DNA from: Thermoleophilia bacterium
Lineage (GTDB): Bacteria > Actinomycetota > Thermoleophilia > UBA2241
NCBI GenBank assembly: GCA_016933475.1
Contig: JAFGAW010000009.1
Coordinates: 1 to 60,003, forward strand
Length of the DNA: 60,003 nt
Direction of reading: 5' to 3'
Below the pieces are notes generated by a model. That model ran no database searches, was not told the DNA's origin, and saw nothing but the letters and a program-made list of their open reading frames with translations. The translations under genes were made by a program, and so were the position numbers. This document shows positions 37,400-46,039 of this stretch, in pieces (the first letter of the stretch is position 1; every line of letters starts with the position of its first letter).

Positions 37400-37985
37400 C
37401 AGCCGTCGCGGTCGCCCTCCGGCGACCGATCCCCTGGCCCGTGCCGCGGCCGTCGCTCTGCTGGCGATCGCCGCGGTCGTCGCCGTGCTCGCCGCCGCGC
37501 GACTCGTGGCTCTCAGCGTCGGCTGCGGCTTCTCGCCCATGGTCGATCTGCCCTGGCCGGAGGGCTACGGCGAGCGCGCCGCGCTCGCCGTAGCCGCCGC
37601 GGCCGTGGTCACGGGGCTCCTGGTGCTGCTCGTTCGTGACGACGAGCCGCGACTCTGGCTCTGCGGCCCGGGCGGTCCGGCCTGCGAGGGGTTCCCCGGT
37701 GGCGTGCTGCTGCCGGCCGCTGCTCTCGAGGCTGCTGCCGAGGAAGCCGTCGCCGACCATCCAGACATCCTGGGTGCGACGGCCACGGCGCGTGGCGACG
37801 CACGCCGACTGCGGCTCCACCTGCGCGCCGTCGCGCGCCCGCTCGTCGACGAGCAGCGCGTGGGCCGCGAGCTCGAGCAACGCGTCGAGGGCGCCCTGCA
37901 CCCGATCCTCACCGCGGGCGGCCTCGAGGTCCGGGTCCGCGTGCGCGGCGTGAGGGTGAAGCGTCTGGCGAGGTACCTGCCATGA
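37335..37985 (+). CDS. Hypothetical membrane-anchored protein, AmaP-like (Asp23 cluster)
   Basis: One TM helix (AAVALLAIAAVVAVLAAARLV) followed by a soluble domain. Its position after asp23 is typical. The start is unresolved: the longest ORF overlaps asp23 by 65 nt. Confidence 0.45.
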   Translation: MPSTSWSPTSTSRSRHLATTADSRRGRPPATDPLARAAAVALLAIAAVVAVLAAARLVALSVGCGFSPMVDLPWPEGYGERAALAVAAAAVVTGLLVLLVRDDEPRLWLCGPGGPACEGFPGGVLLPAAALEAAAEEAVADHPDILGATATARGDARRLRLHLRAVARPLVDEQRVGRELEQRVEGALHPILTAGGLEVRVRVRGVRVKRLARYLP

Positions 37986-38524
37986 GGGCCGCGCGTGCCG
38001 CGGCCGCCGCGGCCGGCCTCGTCCTGCTCGCGCTGCTCGGCGCCGTCGTGGTCCGCGAGGTGGCGCTGGCCGCCGACGAGACGCTGGAGTGGAGCATCCC
38101 GCTCTGGGACCACCTGACGAACGCCGGCGCGACCTGGAAGGCCGTGGCTGCCGCCGCCTTCGCGGCGCTGGGCGCGATGCTGCTCGTCGGGGCCATCCGC
38201 GTGGCGCTCCCGCCCTCGACGCCGGTCGTCGAGTTCGGCGAGGGCGGCGCCAGCACGCGGGTCGACGTCGCGACGCTGCAGTCCATGCTGGCCCGGCAGC
38301 TCACCGGAGCAGCGCCGGGTCTCCGGGTCGAGCGTGTCTGGCTCGACCGCGGGCCCGACGGCTGGCGCGTCTGGGTGCGCGCCGAGGTGCCGCGTGTCGA
38401 GCTCGAGGCGCTGCGCCGCCGTGCAGCGGCCGTCGCTGCCGATGAGCTGCGCCGGGCCGGCGGCCTGCCCCTGGCACGGCTCGACCTTGAGGTCCGCCGT
38501 GTGACCGTGCGATCGGGAGGTTGA
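37982..38524 (+). CDS. Hypothetical membrane-anchored protein, second AmaP-like paralog
   Basis: ATGA overlap with the previous gene. Two hydrophobic segments, then ...RVDVATLQSMLARQLTGAAPGLRVERVWLDRGPDGWRVWVRAEV.... Confidence 0.5.
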   Translation: MRAARAAAAAAGLVLLALLGAVVVREVALAADETLEWSIPLWDHLTNAGATWKAVAAAAFAALGAMLLVGAIRVALPPSTPVVEFGEGGASTRVDVATLQSMLARQLTGAAPGLRVERVWLDRGPDGWRVWVRAEVPRVELEALRRRAAAVAADELRRAGGLPLARLDLEVRRVTVRSGG

Positions 38525-38706
38525 AGATGAGAGCCGCACACGCCGGTCTGCTGGTCGGTCTGGCCGCCGGGATCGTCTGGGCCTGGCTCGGCTTCGCCGC
38601 GCTGGTCCTGACGCTGGTCTGCGGGGCGATCGGGTGGGTCGCCGGCCTCGCGCTCGACGGCGACCTCGACCTGCAGAGCCTCATCGACGGCCTTCGCCGG
38701 CGGTGA
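38521..38706 (+). CDS. Small integral membrane protein (DUF2273-like, Asp23 cluster)
   Basis: 61 aa with two TM helices (GLLVGLAAGIVWAWLGFAALVLTLVCGAIGWVAGLAL). Start is TTG 38521 or ATG 38527. Confidence 0.55.
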   Translation: MKMRAAHAGLLVGLAAGIVWAWLGFAALVLTLVCGAIGWVAGLALDGDLDLQSLIDGLRRR

Positions 38707-39560
38707 TCGTGCCGGCGGGGCCCGGCGAGGGCCGGCCGCTGACGGCCGACTTGCCGCTGCCCGTGCGGCCGTCCCTGGTCGCCTCCGACCTCGACGGCAC
38801 GCTGCTGCCACCCGACCTCACGGTCGACCGCGAGCTCGTCGCCGCGATCGGCGAGCTCCGGGGGGCCGGTGTGGCCTTCGTCGTCTGCACCGGGCGCATG
38901 GTCAAGAGCGGCGGCGCCGCGGCCGAGAGCCTCGGGGCCGGCGGCGGTCTCATCGTGTCCTACTCGGGCGGCGTGGTCGCCGACCTCGCCAGCGGCGAGT
39001 GGCTCGTCCACTTGCCGCTCGAGAGCGCCGCGGCGCTCGACGTGGTGCGTCACGCGCGGCGTCTCGGCCGCCACCTCAACGTGTTCGTCGACGACCAGCT
39101 CTACGTCGAGCAGGACGACCGCTGGACGGAGTGGACGACGTCGTACCTCGGGATCGACGTGCGCGTCGTCGGCGACCTGCTCGAGCTCGTCGAGGAGCGA
39201 GCGCCGACGAAGATCGTGCTCGCCGCCGACCCCGGTGAAGTCGTGCGCCTGCTGCCCGAGCTGCGCGCCCGTTGGGACGGCACCCTCAACGTGAGCCGCT
39301 CGCAGCCGCACTTCATCGAGATCAACGACCGCCGGGCGAGCAAGAGCGGGGCGCTCGAGTGGTTGCGGGCGAGGCTCGAGAGGTATGGTCCGGCCGTCGC
39401 CTGCGGCGACGGCCTCAACGACCTCGACATGCTGCGCTGGGCCGACCTCGGCGTGGCGGTGGCCGAAGGCGACGAAGAGGTGTGCGCGGCGGCCGGCCTC
39501 GTCGTGCCGCGCGCCGGGCTACCCGAGCTCTTCCGCCGTCTCGCCGCGCTGCCGGCCTGA
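38703..39560 (+). CDS. Cof-type HAD-IIB phosphatase
   Basis: LVASDLDGTLL, FVVCTGR, ...KSGALEWL..., ACGDGLNDLDML. The GTG overlaps the upstream TGA (GTGA). Confidence 0.85.
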   Translation: MIVPAGPGEGRPLTADLPLPVRPSLVASDLDGTLLPPDLTVDRELVAAIGELRGAGVAFVVCTGRMVKSGGAAAESLGAGGGLIVSYSGGVVADLASGEWLVHLPLESAAALDVVRHARRLGRHLNVFVDDQLYVEQDDRWTEWTTSYLGIDVRVVGDLLELVEERAPTKIVLAADPGEVVRLLPELRARWDGTLNVSRSQPHFIEINDRRASKSGALEWLRARLERYGPAVACGDGLNDLDMLRWADLGVAVAEGDEEVCAAAGLVVPRAGLPELFRRLAALPA

Positions 39561-39875
39561 GCGCGCCGGCCCGCCCGGCTTCTTGCGGCGCGATCCCCCG
39601 CCCGATCGGCTGGCCTTACCGGCCGTCTGCACCGACCTGACCGCGGCTCCCCTACGACGACCGGGAGGCGGTCTCCGGACGACGAGGAGAAGGCGGCGCC
39701 TGGAGGGTCGGCGCCGCCTTCGTGGGGACGGGCACCCTGGTGGGTGGGGGTGCCGCTTCGATCCCCTGACGGGTCGCGTGGCACAGGTTACGACTGTACG
39801 CACGCACCAATGATGATAGGCCCGCGCCGTGGCCGAATCAAGGCTGTAAAGGTCTGCATGGAGTGAAGAATTGTT

Positions 39876-39889
39876 GCGCCCTTCGGCGC
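39876..39889 (-). terminator. Weak hairpin downstream of the methyltransferase pair
   Basis: On the minus strand: GCGCC-GAAG-GGCGC followed by AACAATTCTTCA. It lies in a low-GC patch. Confidence 0.25.
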
Positions 39890-39933
39890 CCCCCGTCGCA
39901 GTCCGGCGTCGCCCGTCGCCCGAGGGTCGTGCG

Positions 39934-40764
39934 TCAGCCTGCCGGCCGGCGGGCGCGAACCGAGAAGCTCAGGGGGTAGTCCTCCTCGCGCCCGGGGATG
40001 CGCTGCCAGCCGTCGGCGCCCTTCTCGAGGTAGGCGAAGGCGAGACCGTGTGTGAAGGGGAACTCGTGCAGGTGTTCGATCTCGAGACCGGCCTCGATCA
40101 GTCGTGTGACGACCTCGCCGAGAGGGTGGTTCCACTCGTAGGTCACCGTGTTGCGCGTCGCGGCGTCGGGGTCGGCGTACGAGCCGGGCTCGTCGAAGCG
40201 CTGCGGCTCCGGCCCCTGGAAGTAGGGGTAGCCGAGGCGGAGGTCGTCGGGGCGTGCCGCGTCGTCGAGGATGAAGGCCAGCGGGTGGAACTCGGCGATG
40301 TAGAAGGTGCCGCCGGGTCGGACGTAGTGCGCGGCGACCTGCGCCCAGCGGCGCAGGTCGCCGAGCCAGGTGAGGACGCCCCAGGAGGTGAAGACGACGT
40401 CGAACTCGCCCTCGAGGACGTCGGGCAGGTCGTAGACGTTGGAGCGCAGGAAGCGGGCGCGGCTCGAGAGGCCGACCTCGTCGGCCAGGCGCCGCGCCAG
40501 CCCGACAGCCTCCTCGGAGAAGTCGATGCCCGTCACGCTCGCCCCGCGCCGGGCCCAGCTCAGCGTGTCGAGGCCGAAGTGGCACTGCAGGTGCAGCAGC
40601 CGGGTGCCCTCGCCTACGTCGGGGCCGAGCTCCTCGAGCTCGATCGACGTCAGCGTCTCCGCGCCGCGCTTGAAGCCCTCCACGTCGTAGAACGTCGAGG
40701 CGGCGTGCACCCCGGTGAGCTCGTCCCACACGGCCATGTTCGCGCGCAGCCACTCCTCGAGCAT
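39934..40764 (-). CDS. Class I SAM-dependent methyltransferase (paralog B)
   Basis: LLHLQCHFGLDTLSWARRGASVTGIDFSEEAVGLAR (SAM motif I/post-I), FDVVFTSWGVLTWL, GGTFYIAEFHP. Confidence 0.85.
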   Translation of the reverse strand: MLEEWLRANMAVWDELTGVHAASTFYDVEGFKRGAETLTSIELEELGPDVGEGTRLLHLQCHFGLDTLSWARRGASVTGIDFSEEAVGLARRLADEVGLSSRARFLRSNVYDLPDVLEGEFDVVFTSWGVLTWLGDLRRWAQVAAHYVRPGGTFYIAEFHPLAFILDDAARPDDLRLGYPYFQGPEPQRFDEPGSYADPDAATRNTVTYEWNHPLGEVVTRLIEAGLEIEHLHEFPFTHGLAFAYLEKGADGWQRIPGREEDYPLSFSVRARRPAG

Positions 40765-40767
40765 TCG

Positions 40768-41742
40768 TCACTCCTCGTCTTCGGTACAGGGGCCACGGGC
40801 GGCGCTTGCGTCGGCGGCGCCGGCGCCGGTCTCGGTCGCCTCGTCGGAGGCGGGAGCGAAGGCCGGGGCGCCGGCGCGGTCCGGCATCACCGCCATCAAG
40901 CTGTAGCTGAAGGGGACGTCGGCCCGCCTGCCGCCGCTGCCGTCGGGCAGCCACCACCAGCGCTGCTCGTCCTTCTCCATGAGTTCGAACACCGGCGACA
41001 CCGAGAAGGGTGCCTCGTGGAGGAACTCGAGACGCAGCCCGGCCCCCAGCAGCGCGCCGACGACCTCGGCGAAGCTGTGGCTCCAGCTGTACGAGACGTG
41101 CCCGGTGGTGTCGGCCGACGGGTCGGCGTACGAGCCCTCGATGGGGTCGACCACGGGGTGGTCCGGTGCGGGCAGGTAACGATAGCGCAGGCGCAACTCT
41201 GCAGGCCCGGTCGTCTCGTCGAGGCAGTAGGCGAGCGGATGGAGCTCGGCCATGTAGAAACGGCCGCCGGGCTTGAGGTGCGCCGCGCAGAGCCGCGCCC
41301 AGACCTCGAGGTCGGGCAGCCACTCGATCGCGCCCCAGCTCACGAAGACGATGTCGAAGCGGCGCCCGCCCAGGTGGCGGGCGGCGTCGTAGACGTCTGA
41401 CTCGATGAACGTGGCGCGGCCGGCGAGGCCGACCTCGTCGGCCAGGCGCCGCGCCAGCGCGATCGCCGTGCCCGAGAAGTCGACGCCGACCACCTCGGCC
41501 CCGCGCCGCGCCCAGCTCAGCGTGTCGAGGCCGAAGTGGCACTGCAGGTGGAGCAGGGTCGTGCCATCGGTGACATACGGCCCGAGCTCCTCGGTCTCGA
41601 GCGGCCAGAGCGAGCTGCGCCCGGCCTTGAAGCCCTCCACATCGTAGAACTCGGTGCCCTCGTGGATCCTCGCCCACTCGTCCCAGAGCGCGAGGTTGGC
41701 GCGCCGCGCCTCGTCGGGCAGCGGGCTGCCCGAGCCCGGCAC
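40768..41742 (-). CDS. Class I SAM-dependent methyltransferase (paralog A) with an acidic Ala-rich tail
   Basis: LLHLQCHFGLDTLSWARRGAEVVGVDFSGTAIALAR, FDIVFVSWGAIEWL, GGRFYMAELHP. There are long near-identical nucleotide stretches with paralog B. Confidence 0.85.
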   Translation of the reverse strand: MPGSGSPLPDEARRANLALWDEWARIHEGTEFYDVEGFKAGRSSLWPLETEELGPYVTDGTTLLHLQCHFGLDTLSWARRGAEVVGVDFSGTAIALARRLADEVGLAGRATFIESDVYDAARHLGGRRFDIVFVSWGAIEWLPDLEVWARLCAAHLKPGGRFYMAELHPLAYCLDETTGPAELRLRYRYLPAPDHPVVDPIEGSYADPSADTTGHVSYSWSHSFAEVVGALLGAGLRLEFLHEAPFSVSPVFELMEKDEQRWWWLPDGSGGRRADVPFSYSLMAVMPDRAGAPAFAPASDEATETGAGAADASAARGPCTEDEE

Positions 41743-41781
41743 GTCGCGCCCCGTCGCGACATCGTCTCTGTGACCGTCGTT

Positions 41782-41900
41782 GCTCAGTCCTCGTCCTCCT
41801 TCGGGCGGCCTCTGCTCAGTCCTCGTCCCTCCCGGGGCCGCCTTCGGTCAGTCGTCGGGACTCGTGTGCCCGGTATCGCTCAGTCCTCTTCCTCGACCTC
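41782..41900. repeat. About 32-nt-period array (4 units). The last unit is the 3' end plus stop of the 41880..42089 gene.
   Basis: GCTCAGTCCTCGTCCTCC (41782), GCTCAGTCCTCGTCCCTCC (41814), GGTCAGTCGTCGGGA (41846), GCTCAGTCCTCTTCCTCG (41878). On the coding strand each unit reads GGAGGA(C/A)GAGGACTGAGC. Confidence 0.75.
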
Positions 41901-42089
41901 GTACACGACCGTGCGCACGAGGCCGATCGTCTCACCCTCGGCTCCGTTGGTCGTCGTGTCGCTGATACCGTACACCGCCTCGGCCTCCTCCGCGTTCAGG
42001 AAGTCGGCGACGCGGGCGTCCAACTCCTCCAACTCGCGCACCGTCTCGAAGATACGGATGGGGGTGGCGAAGGTCTTCACTTTGATCAT
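41880..42089 (-). CDS. Hypothetical small acidic protein (69 aa)
   Basis: MIKVKTFATPIRIFETVRELEELDARVADFLNAEEAEAVYGISDTTTNGAEGETIGLVRTVVYEVEEED. A strong GGAGGA RBS lies 5 nt upstream. The longer track ORF (to 42299) looks like an artefact. Confidence 0.5.
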   Translation of the reverse strand: MIKVKTFATPIRIFETVRELEELDARVADFLNAEEAEAVYGISDTTTNGAEGETIGLVRTVVYEVEEED

Positions 42090-42391
42090 GACGGTCCTCC
42101 TGGAGGTCGCTCGCGTGGCGGCGTCGGTGCCGGTGTGGATGGATACCCGGCGTGGCGGCCGGTGACGCGCGGCGCCGTCACGGTAGGTGTCGCGTGCCGC
42201 GTGCGCGCCCGACTTCACGGGGGTGGCGGCGCGGCACCGTGCTCCGAGTCCTCGCACGGACGGCGTCCCGGTCTCCCGTGCGCCGCCCGTTGTCAACAAC
42301 CGTCACGTATCTACTCGAGGACTCTTCTCATTAGTACGACATCGGTGTAAAGTGCGCGAGGGGGTCAATACGCATATGAGGGGGTCGCGCG

Positions 42392-43081
42392 GTGACAGTC
42401 CAGAATGACACCAGCGCCCGGAGTCTGGGCAAGCTGGCCGACGCCTTCGGCGACCCGACGCGGCGAGCGATCCTGCACCACGTCCTCGAGGCCGAGACGC
42501 CCGTCTCGGCGGGCGAGGTCGGCGACGTGTTCGGCGTGCATCGCACCGTCGCCCGCGCCCATCTCGAGAAGCTCGTCGAGACCGGTCTCCTCGAGACCGC
42601 CACCCGTCGGCGTGCCACCGGCGGGCGCCCCGCCAAGACCTACACCTCGAGCGGCGAGCGCCTCGAGGTGATGCTGCCGCCGAGGCGCTACGAGCCGCTC
42701 GCCCGCCTCCTGCTCGACGTCGTCGAGCGCCTCGCGCCGGCGGACATGGCCGCAGACCACGCGCAGGCCGTCGGTCACGACTACGGCACCAGGGTGCGTC
42801 ACGAGATCACCGGCAACGGGCAGGGCGCTCTGCGGCCCGAGGCCGTCTGCTCGTGGCTCAACCAGGCGGGTTACAGCGCCCGCTGCGAGCGCGGCACCGA
42901 CTGCGATGCCTACACCTTCGACAACTGCGTCTACCGCGAGGTCGCCGTCGAGCACCCCGAGGTCGTCTGCGCCTTCGATCGCGGTATGCTCTGCGGCCTC
43001 ACCGGGGCTTCCCCCGAGAGCCACGTGCAGACGCATAACCTGCTTGACGACGGCTTCTGCCGCTGGGAGGTCGGGCACTAG
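42392..43081 (+). CDS. ArsR-type winged-helix regulator with a Cys-rich C-terminal sensor domain
   Basis: LADAFGDPTRRAILHHVLEAETPVSAGEVGDVFGVHRTVARAHLEKLVETGLL (HTH), then ...CSWLNQAGYSARCERGTDCDAYTFDNCVYREVAVEHPEVVCAFDRGMLCG.... Stop is TAG. Confidence 0.7.
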   Translation: MTVQNDTSARSLGKLADAFGDPTRRAILHHVLEAETPVSAGEVGDVFGVHRTVARAHLEKLVETGLLETATRRRATGGRPAKTYTSSGERLEVMLPPRRYEPLARLLLDVVERLAPADMAADHAQAVGHDYGTRVRHEITGNGQGALRPEAVCSWLNQAGYSARCERGTDCDAYTFDNCVYREVAVEHPEVVCAFDRGMLCGLTGASPESHVQTHNLLDDGFCRWEVGH

Positions 43082-43176
43082 CCGGACGCGTTCCGTCGCG
43101 GGCATCACGCCCGCTGAACGTCACCGCCGGGTCCGACGCCGGCGTGGCTCCCGTCCTCTCGTCTCCCTTGGCCACC

Positions 43177-43242
43177 TCACCAGCCGGGCAGCGCCTGCTC
43201 ACCAGCCGGGCAGCGCCTGCTCACCAGCCGGGCAGCGCCTGC
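43177..43242. repeat. Perfect 22-nt tandem repeat, 3 units. The third unit is the 3' end plus stop of the PAS gene.
   Basis: TCACCAGCCGGGCAGCGCCTGC at 43177, 43199 and 43221. Confidence 0.9.
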
Positions 43243-43646
43243 TCCCCCTCGAGGGCGCGTTCAGCGTCCAGCCGCTGGTTGACCTCGAGGATGCCCTTGT
43301 AGGCGCCGTCGTCGTCGCGGACGGCGAAGTAGCGGGTCAGCTTGAAGGCGCCGTCCTCGAGCCCCCAGCCCCAGGCCTCGTCCTTCGTCCCGTCCCTGAA
43401 GGCGCCGAGGATGGTCTCGAGCCCCTCGAGGCTGCTCTCGGGGTGGCAGTCGCGCACGTCGCGCCCGATGTACCGCCCGTCGCAGGTCTTGTAGGTCTCA
43501 CCCTGCCAATAGACCAGCACATCGCGCTCGTCGGCGAAGCTGATGTCGCAGGGGAGGGTGCGGATCACGAGCTCGACCTGCTCGGGGGTGAGGGCGCCGC
43601 GCTGCCAGTGCATGGGACCGTCCTTGTCGCGGGGAAGGGCGGTCAC
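43221..43646 (-). CDS. Stand-alone PAS-like domain protein, paralog of the C-terminus of the adjacent DUF438 protein
   Basis: LTPEQVELVIRTLPCDISFADERDVLVYWQGETYKTC...RDVRDCHPESSLEGLETILGAFRDG...YFAVRDDDGAYKGILEV aligns with ...LTLDQLGRMLLALPIDFSFVDEDDRVRFYSEGERIFPR...RRVQNCHPPASVDKVQQIIDAFRAG...YFAVRAEGGAYRGVVEM in 43714..45183. Confidence 0.7.
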   Translation of the reverse strand: MTALPRDKDGPMHWQRGALTPEQVELVIRTLPCDISFADERDVLVYWQGETYKTCDGRYIGRDVRDCHPESSLEGLETILGAFRDGTKDEAWGWGLEDGAFKLTRYFAVRDDDGAYKGILEVNQRLDAERALEGEQALPGW

Positions 43647-43713
43647 ATGGTATCCGAGCGGCGCGCCCGGCGTCGACGCCGGGCGCGCCGCTCGGGAAGG
43701 TCCTCTCCGGCCA

Positions 43714-45183
43714 CTACCAGTCGAGCAGCCGGCGTTCTCCTTCGAGCGCGCGGATCTCCGTCACGTCCTGCACCATCTCGACGACGCCCCTGTAGGCGCC
43801 GCCCTCGGCGCGCACGGCGAAGTAGCGGATGTGAACGAAGCGCTCGCCGAGCTGCAGCCAGAAGTCGGCCGTGTCCTTCTCGCCGGCGCGGAAGGCGTCG
43901 ATGATCTGCTGCACCTTGTCGACGCTCGCCGGAGGGTGGCAGTTCTGCACGCGCCGGCCGATGACCCCAGGGCTGCGCGGGAAGATGCGCTCGCCCTCGC
44001 TGTAGAAGCGCACGCGGTCGTCTTCGTCGACGAAGCTGAAGTCGATCGGCAGCGCGAGCAGCATGCGGCCGAGCTGGTCGAGCGTCAGGGCGCCCGTCTT
44101 GAGCTCGAGCAGACCGCCCGCGCCGCCGTGCGATGTCGTCGCCGGCTCGGGCGTCGCGAGCGCCTCGGCGCTGCCCTCCGGCCACGCCGGCACCTCGCCG
44201 ACGAAGGCGTAGCCGATCTCCGCTTCGCCGGCCCTGATCGCTGCCCACTCGTCCTCGGAGATCTGGTCCATCGCCATCGGGTAGAGGATCTTCTCCTCCT
44301 TGTCGACCATGGCATCCGCCATGGTGGCCACGGCCTGCGCCGTCGAGACGGCGAGGCTCGCCTCGTCCTCCTGGAGCGCCGAGCGCGCCTGCTTCAGGAG
44401 GTCGCGGACGTCGTCGTGGAGGGCCCACATCACCTTGCTCGGTCCCTCGATGCCGTGGCGCTCGAGGAAGGGGAAGAGCTGGTTCTCCTTGCGAAGGTAG
44501 TGGAGGTCGACCTCGAGCAGGCGCTCGAGCGTCTCGCCGAGGGCGGACTTGAGGCGGCGCCACTCCTGCTCGACCGGCGGCTCGCCGATCGCGCCGGCGA
44601 CCTTGCGCAGCGTCGCGGTGACCTGCAGGAGGGCGCGGTTCTCGCGCTGGAAGGTGTCGACCGGGTGGCCCGGCGGCGCCGTGACGGCCTCGTGGCCGTC
44701 GAGCGCGTCGGCGAACACCTCGACGTGCACGTCGCAGAGACGCTTGACCTCGTCCTCGGGCACGCCCCCGGCGATGAGCTCCTGCTCCATGGCGGCGATC
44801 TCCGAGGCCTCGATGTCGGTGATGAGCTCCTCGAACCGGGGCCTGACCTCCTCGACCGTGCTGCCCTCGTGCAGGGCCGTGACGATCGCCTTGAGCTCGG
44901 CGAGACGGGCGGGGTCGATATCGGCGGCGCGCGTGATGTCGCTCACCTCGGGGCGCACGCCTGTCTGGGCCTCGATCTCGGCGGCGACGTCGTGCATGAG
45001 CTGGTCGAGCGGGACGTCGCCGAGCTGCGCGGCGGTCTGCAACGTCGCCATGCGCGCCATCGTGCGCCGGGCGACCGGGCTGGTCAGCTTCTTGAACTCC
45101 GGAGTGTAGTCGGCGAGAAAATCGAGCAGGAAGCGATGCTCCTTGAGGAGTGTGTGGACGGTGGTCTTGGGTGTGATCGTCAC
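43714..45183 (-). CDS. DUF438-type sensor protein: DUF1858-like N-terminus, hemerythrin-like HHE domain, C-terminal PAS
   Basis: 489 aa. TTVHTLLKEHRFLLDFLADYTPEFKKL, HPVDTFQRENRAL...KENQLFPFLERHGIEGPSKVMWALHDDVR (hemerythrin-like His/Glu), C-terminal PAS block as above. Stop is TAG. Confidence 0.8.
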   Translation of the reverse strand: MTITPKTTVHTLLKEHRFLLDFLADYTPEFKKLTSPVARRTMARMATLQTAAQLGDVPLDQLMHDVAAEIEAQTGVRPEVSDITRAADIDPARLAELKAIVTALHEGSTVEEVRPRFEELITDIEASEIAAMEQELIAGGVPEDEVKRLCDVHVEVFADALDGHEAVTAPPGHPVDTFQRENRALLQVTATLRKVAGAIGEPPVEQEWRRLKSALGETLERLLEVDLHYLRKENQLFPFLERHGIEGPSKVMWALHDDVRDLLKQARSALQEDEASLAVSTAQAVATMADAMVDKEEKILYPMAMDQISEDEWAAIRAGEAEIGYAFVGEVPAWPEGSAEALATPEPATTSHGGAGGLLELKTGALTLDQLGRMLLALPIDFSFVDEDDRVRFYSEGERIFPRSPGVIGRRVQNCHPPASVDKVQQIIDAFRAGEKDTADFWLQLGERFVHIRYFAVRAEGGAYRGVVEMVQDVTEIRALEGERRLLDW

Positions 45184-45340
45184 GCCTTCTCCCTGGATCG
45201 GTCGTCTGCGGTGCGACGCTCACCGAGCGAGAGAAGCCTACCTTGATTCGCGCCGTCTGCGGTGTCGGCATGAGGAGGAGACAGCGCGGTGCGGGCCTCG
45301 CTTCCCGGGGCGGCGGGACTCGCCGGCGCGCCCGCTACCC

Positions 45341-46039
45341 TCACCAGTACATCGGTACGGGCGGCGCCGCGAGAGCGTCCGCGAGCGCCCGGCGCCCATC
45401 GCGGAGAACCGGCGCCCCGTGCGTCACGAGCACGCGCTCGACGTCGAGCGCGGCGAGCGGCTTCAGGGTCGGCAGCAGACGGCGCTCGTACCAGTCCGGC
45501 GAGCCGCCGCTCTGGTCCCAGACGCGCAACTCGCCGGTCTCCAGGGCGACGACCGCGTCGCCGAAGGCGAGCGCCCGCAGGTCGGGGAAGTACAGGGGGG
45601 TCTCGTAGCGCCGCGGGTTGCCGATCGCCCACGCTTCAGCGATGCCGCCGGCGACCTCGACGCCCTGCCCTGCCTTGGCCTTGGGGATCTCGTTGAGCGG
45701 CGTGTCCCAGGCGAAGCGCTTGCGCACGGCGGCGTGGCCCCAGACCCGCGTCGCCAGCCGGCCCCAGTAGCGCTCGAACAGGAGCTCTGTGCTTCGCGTG
45801 TGGTAGGGGATCGACACCAGGAGCTCGAGGCGCGAGGCACCGAGTACGAGACGGTCGAGCCCCGCGAGCACGGTGTCGTGCTCGGGGTCCTGCGCGGGGG
45901 GCACGAGGGGGTCGACGAGGGCGATGACGTGGCCGACCAGGAGGGCGTAGCTCACGACCTCCTCGGCCGCCGTCCTGTACTCGGGGTGGGGGGTCGTCCA
46001 CGAGTGGATCCCGGGGACCAGCTCTGCGGGGGTGGTCAT
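45341..46039 (-). CDS. MBL-fold-like protein with a degenerate metal motif
   Basis: 232 aa. AAGGAGG RBS 6 nt upstream of the ATG. Overall beta-lactamase-fold pattern (GIHSW..., ALVDP..., LVTHGAPV), but I see no canonical HxHxDH. Confidence 0.5.
   Translation of the reverse strand: MTTPAELVPGIHSWTTPHPEYRTAAEEVVSYALLVGHVIALVDPLVPPAQDPEHDTVLAGLDRLVLGASRLELLVSIPYHTRSTELLFERYWGRLATRVWGHAAVRKRFAWDTPLNEIPKAKAGQGVEVAGGIAEAWAIGNPRRYETPLYFPDLRALAFGDAVVALETGELRVWDQSGGSPDWYERRLLPTLKPLAALDVERVLVTHGAPVLRDGRRALADALAAPPVPMYW

Noticed and set aside
43646-43716. Possible amber read-through joining the DUF438 gene (TAG stop at 43714-43716) to the downstream PAS ORF.
   Set aside because: The two ORFs are not in the same frame. 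The distance from the codon after the TAG to the PAS ATG is 67 nt, not a multiple of 3. The PAS protein is a paralog of, not a continuation of, the upstream C-terminus.
45206-45262. Direct repeat GTCTGCGGTG (45206 and 45253) upstream of the DUF438 gene as a regulatory site.
   Set aside because: It is only a 10-nt match occurring twice, with no symmetry or clear promoter context. That is too weak to report as a feature.
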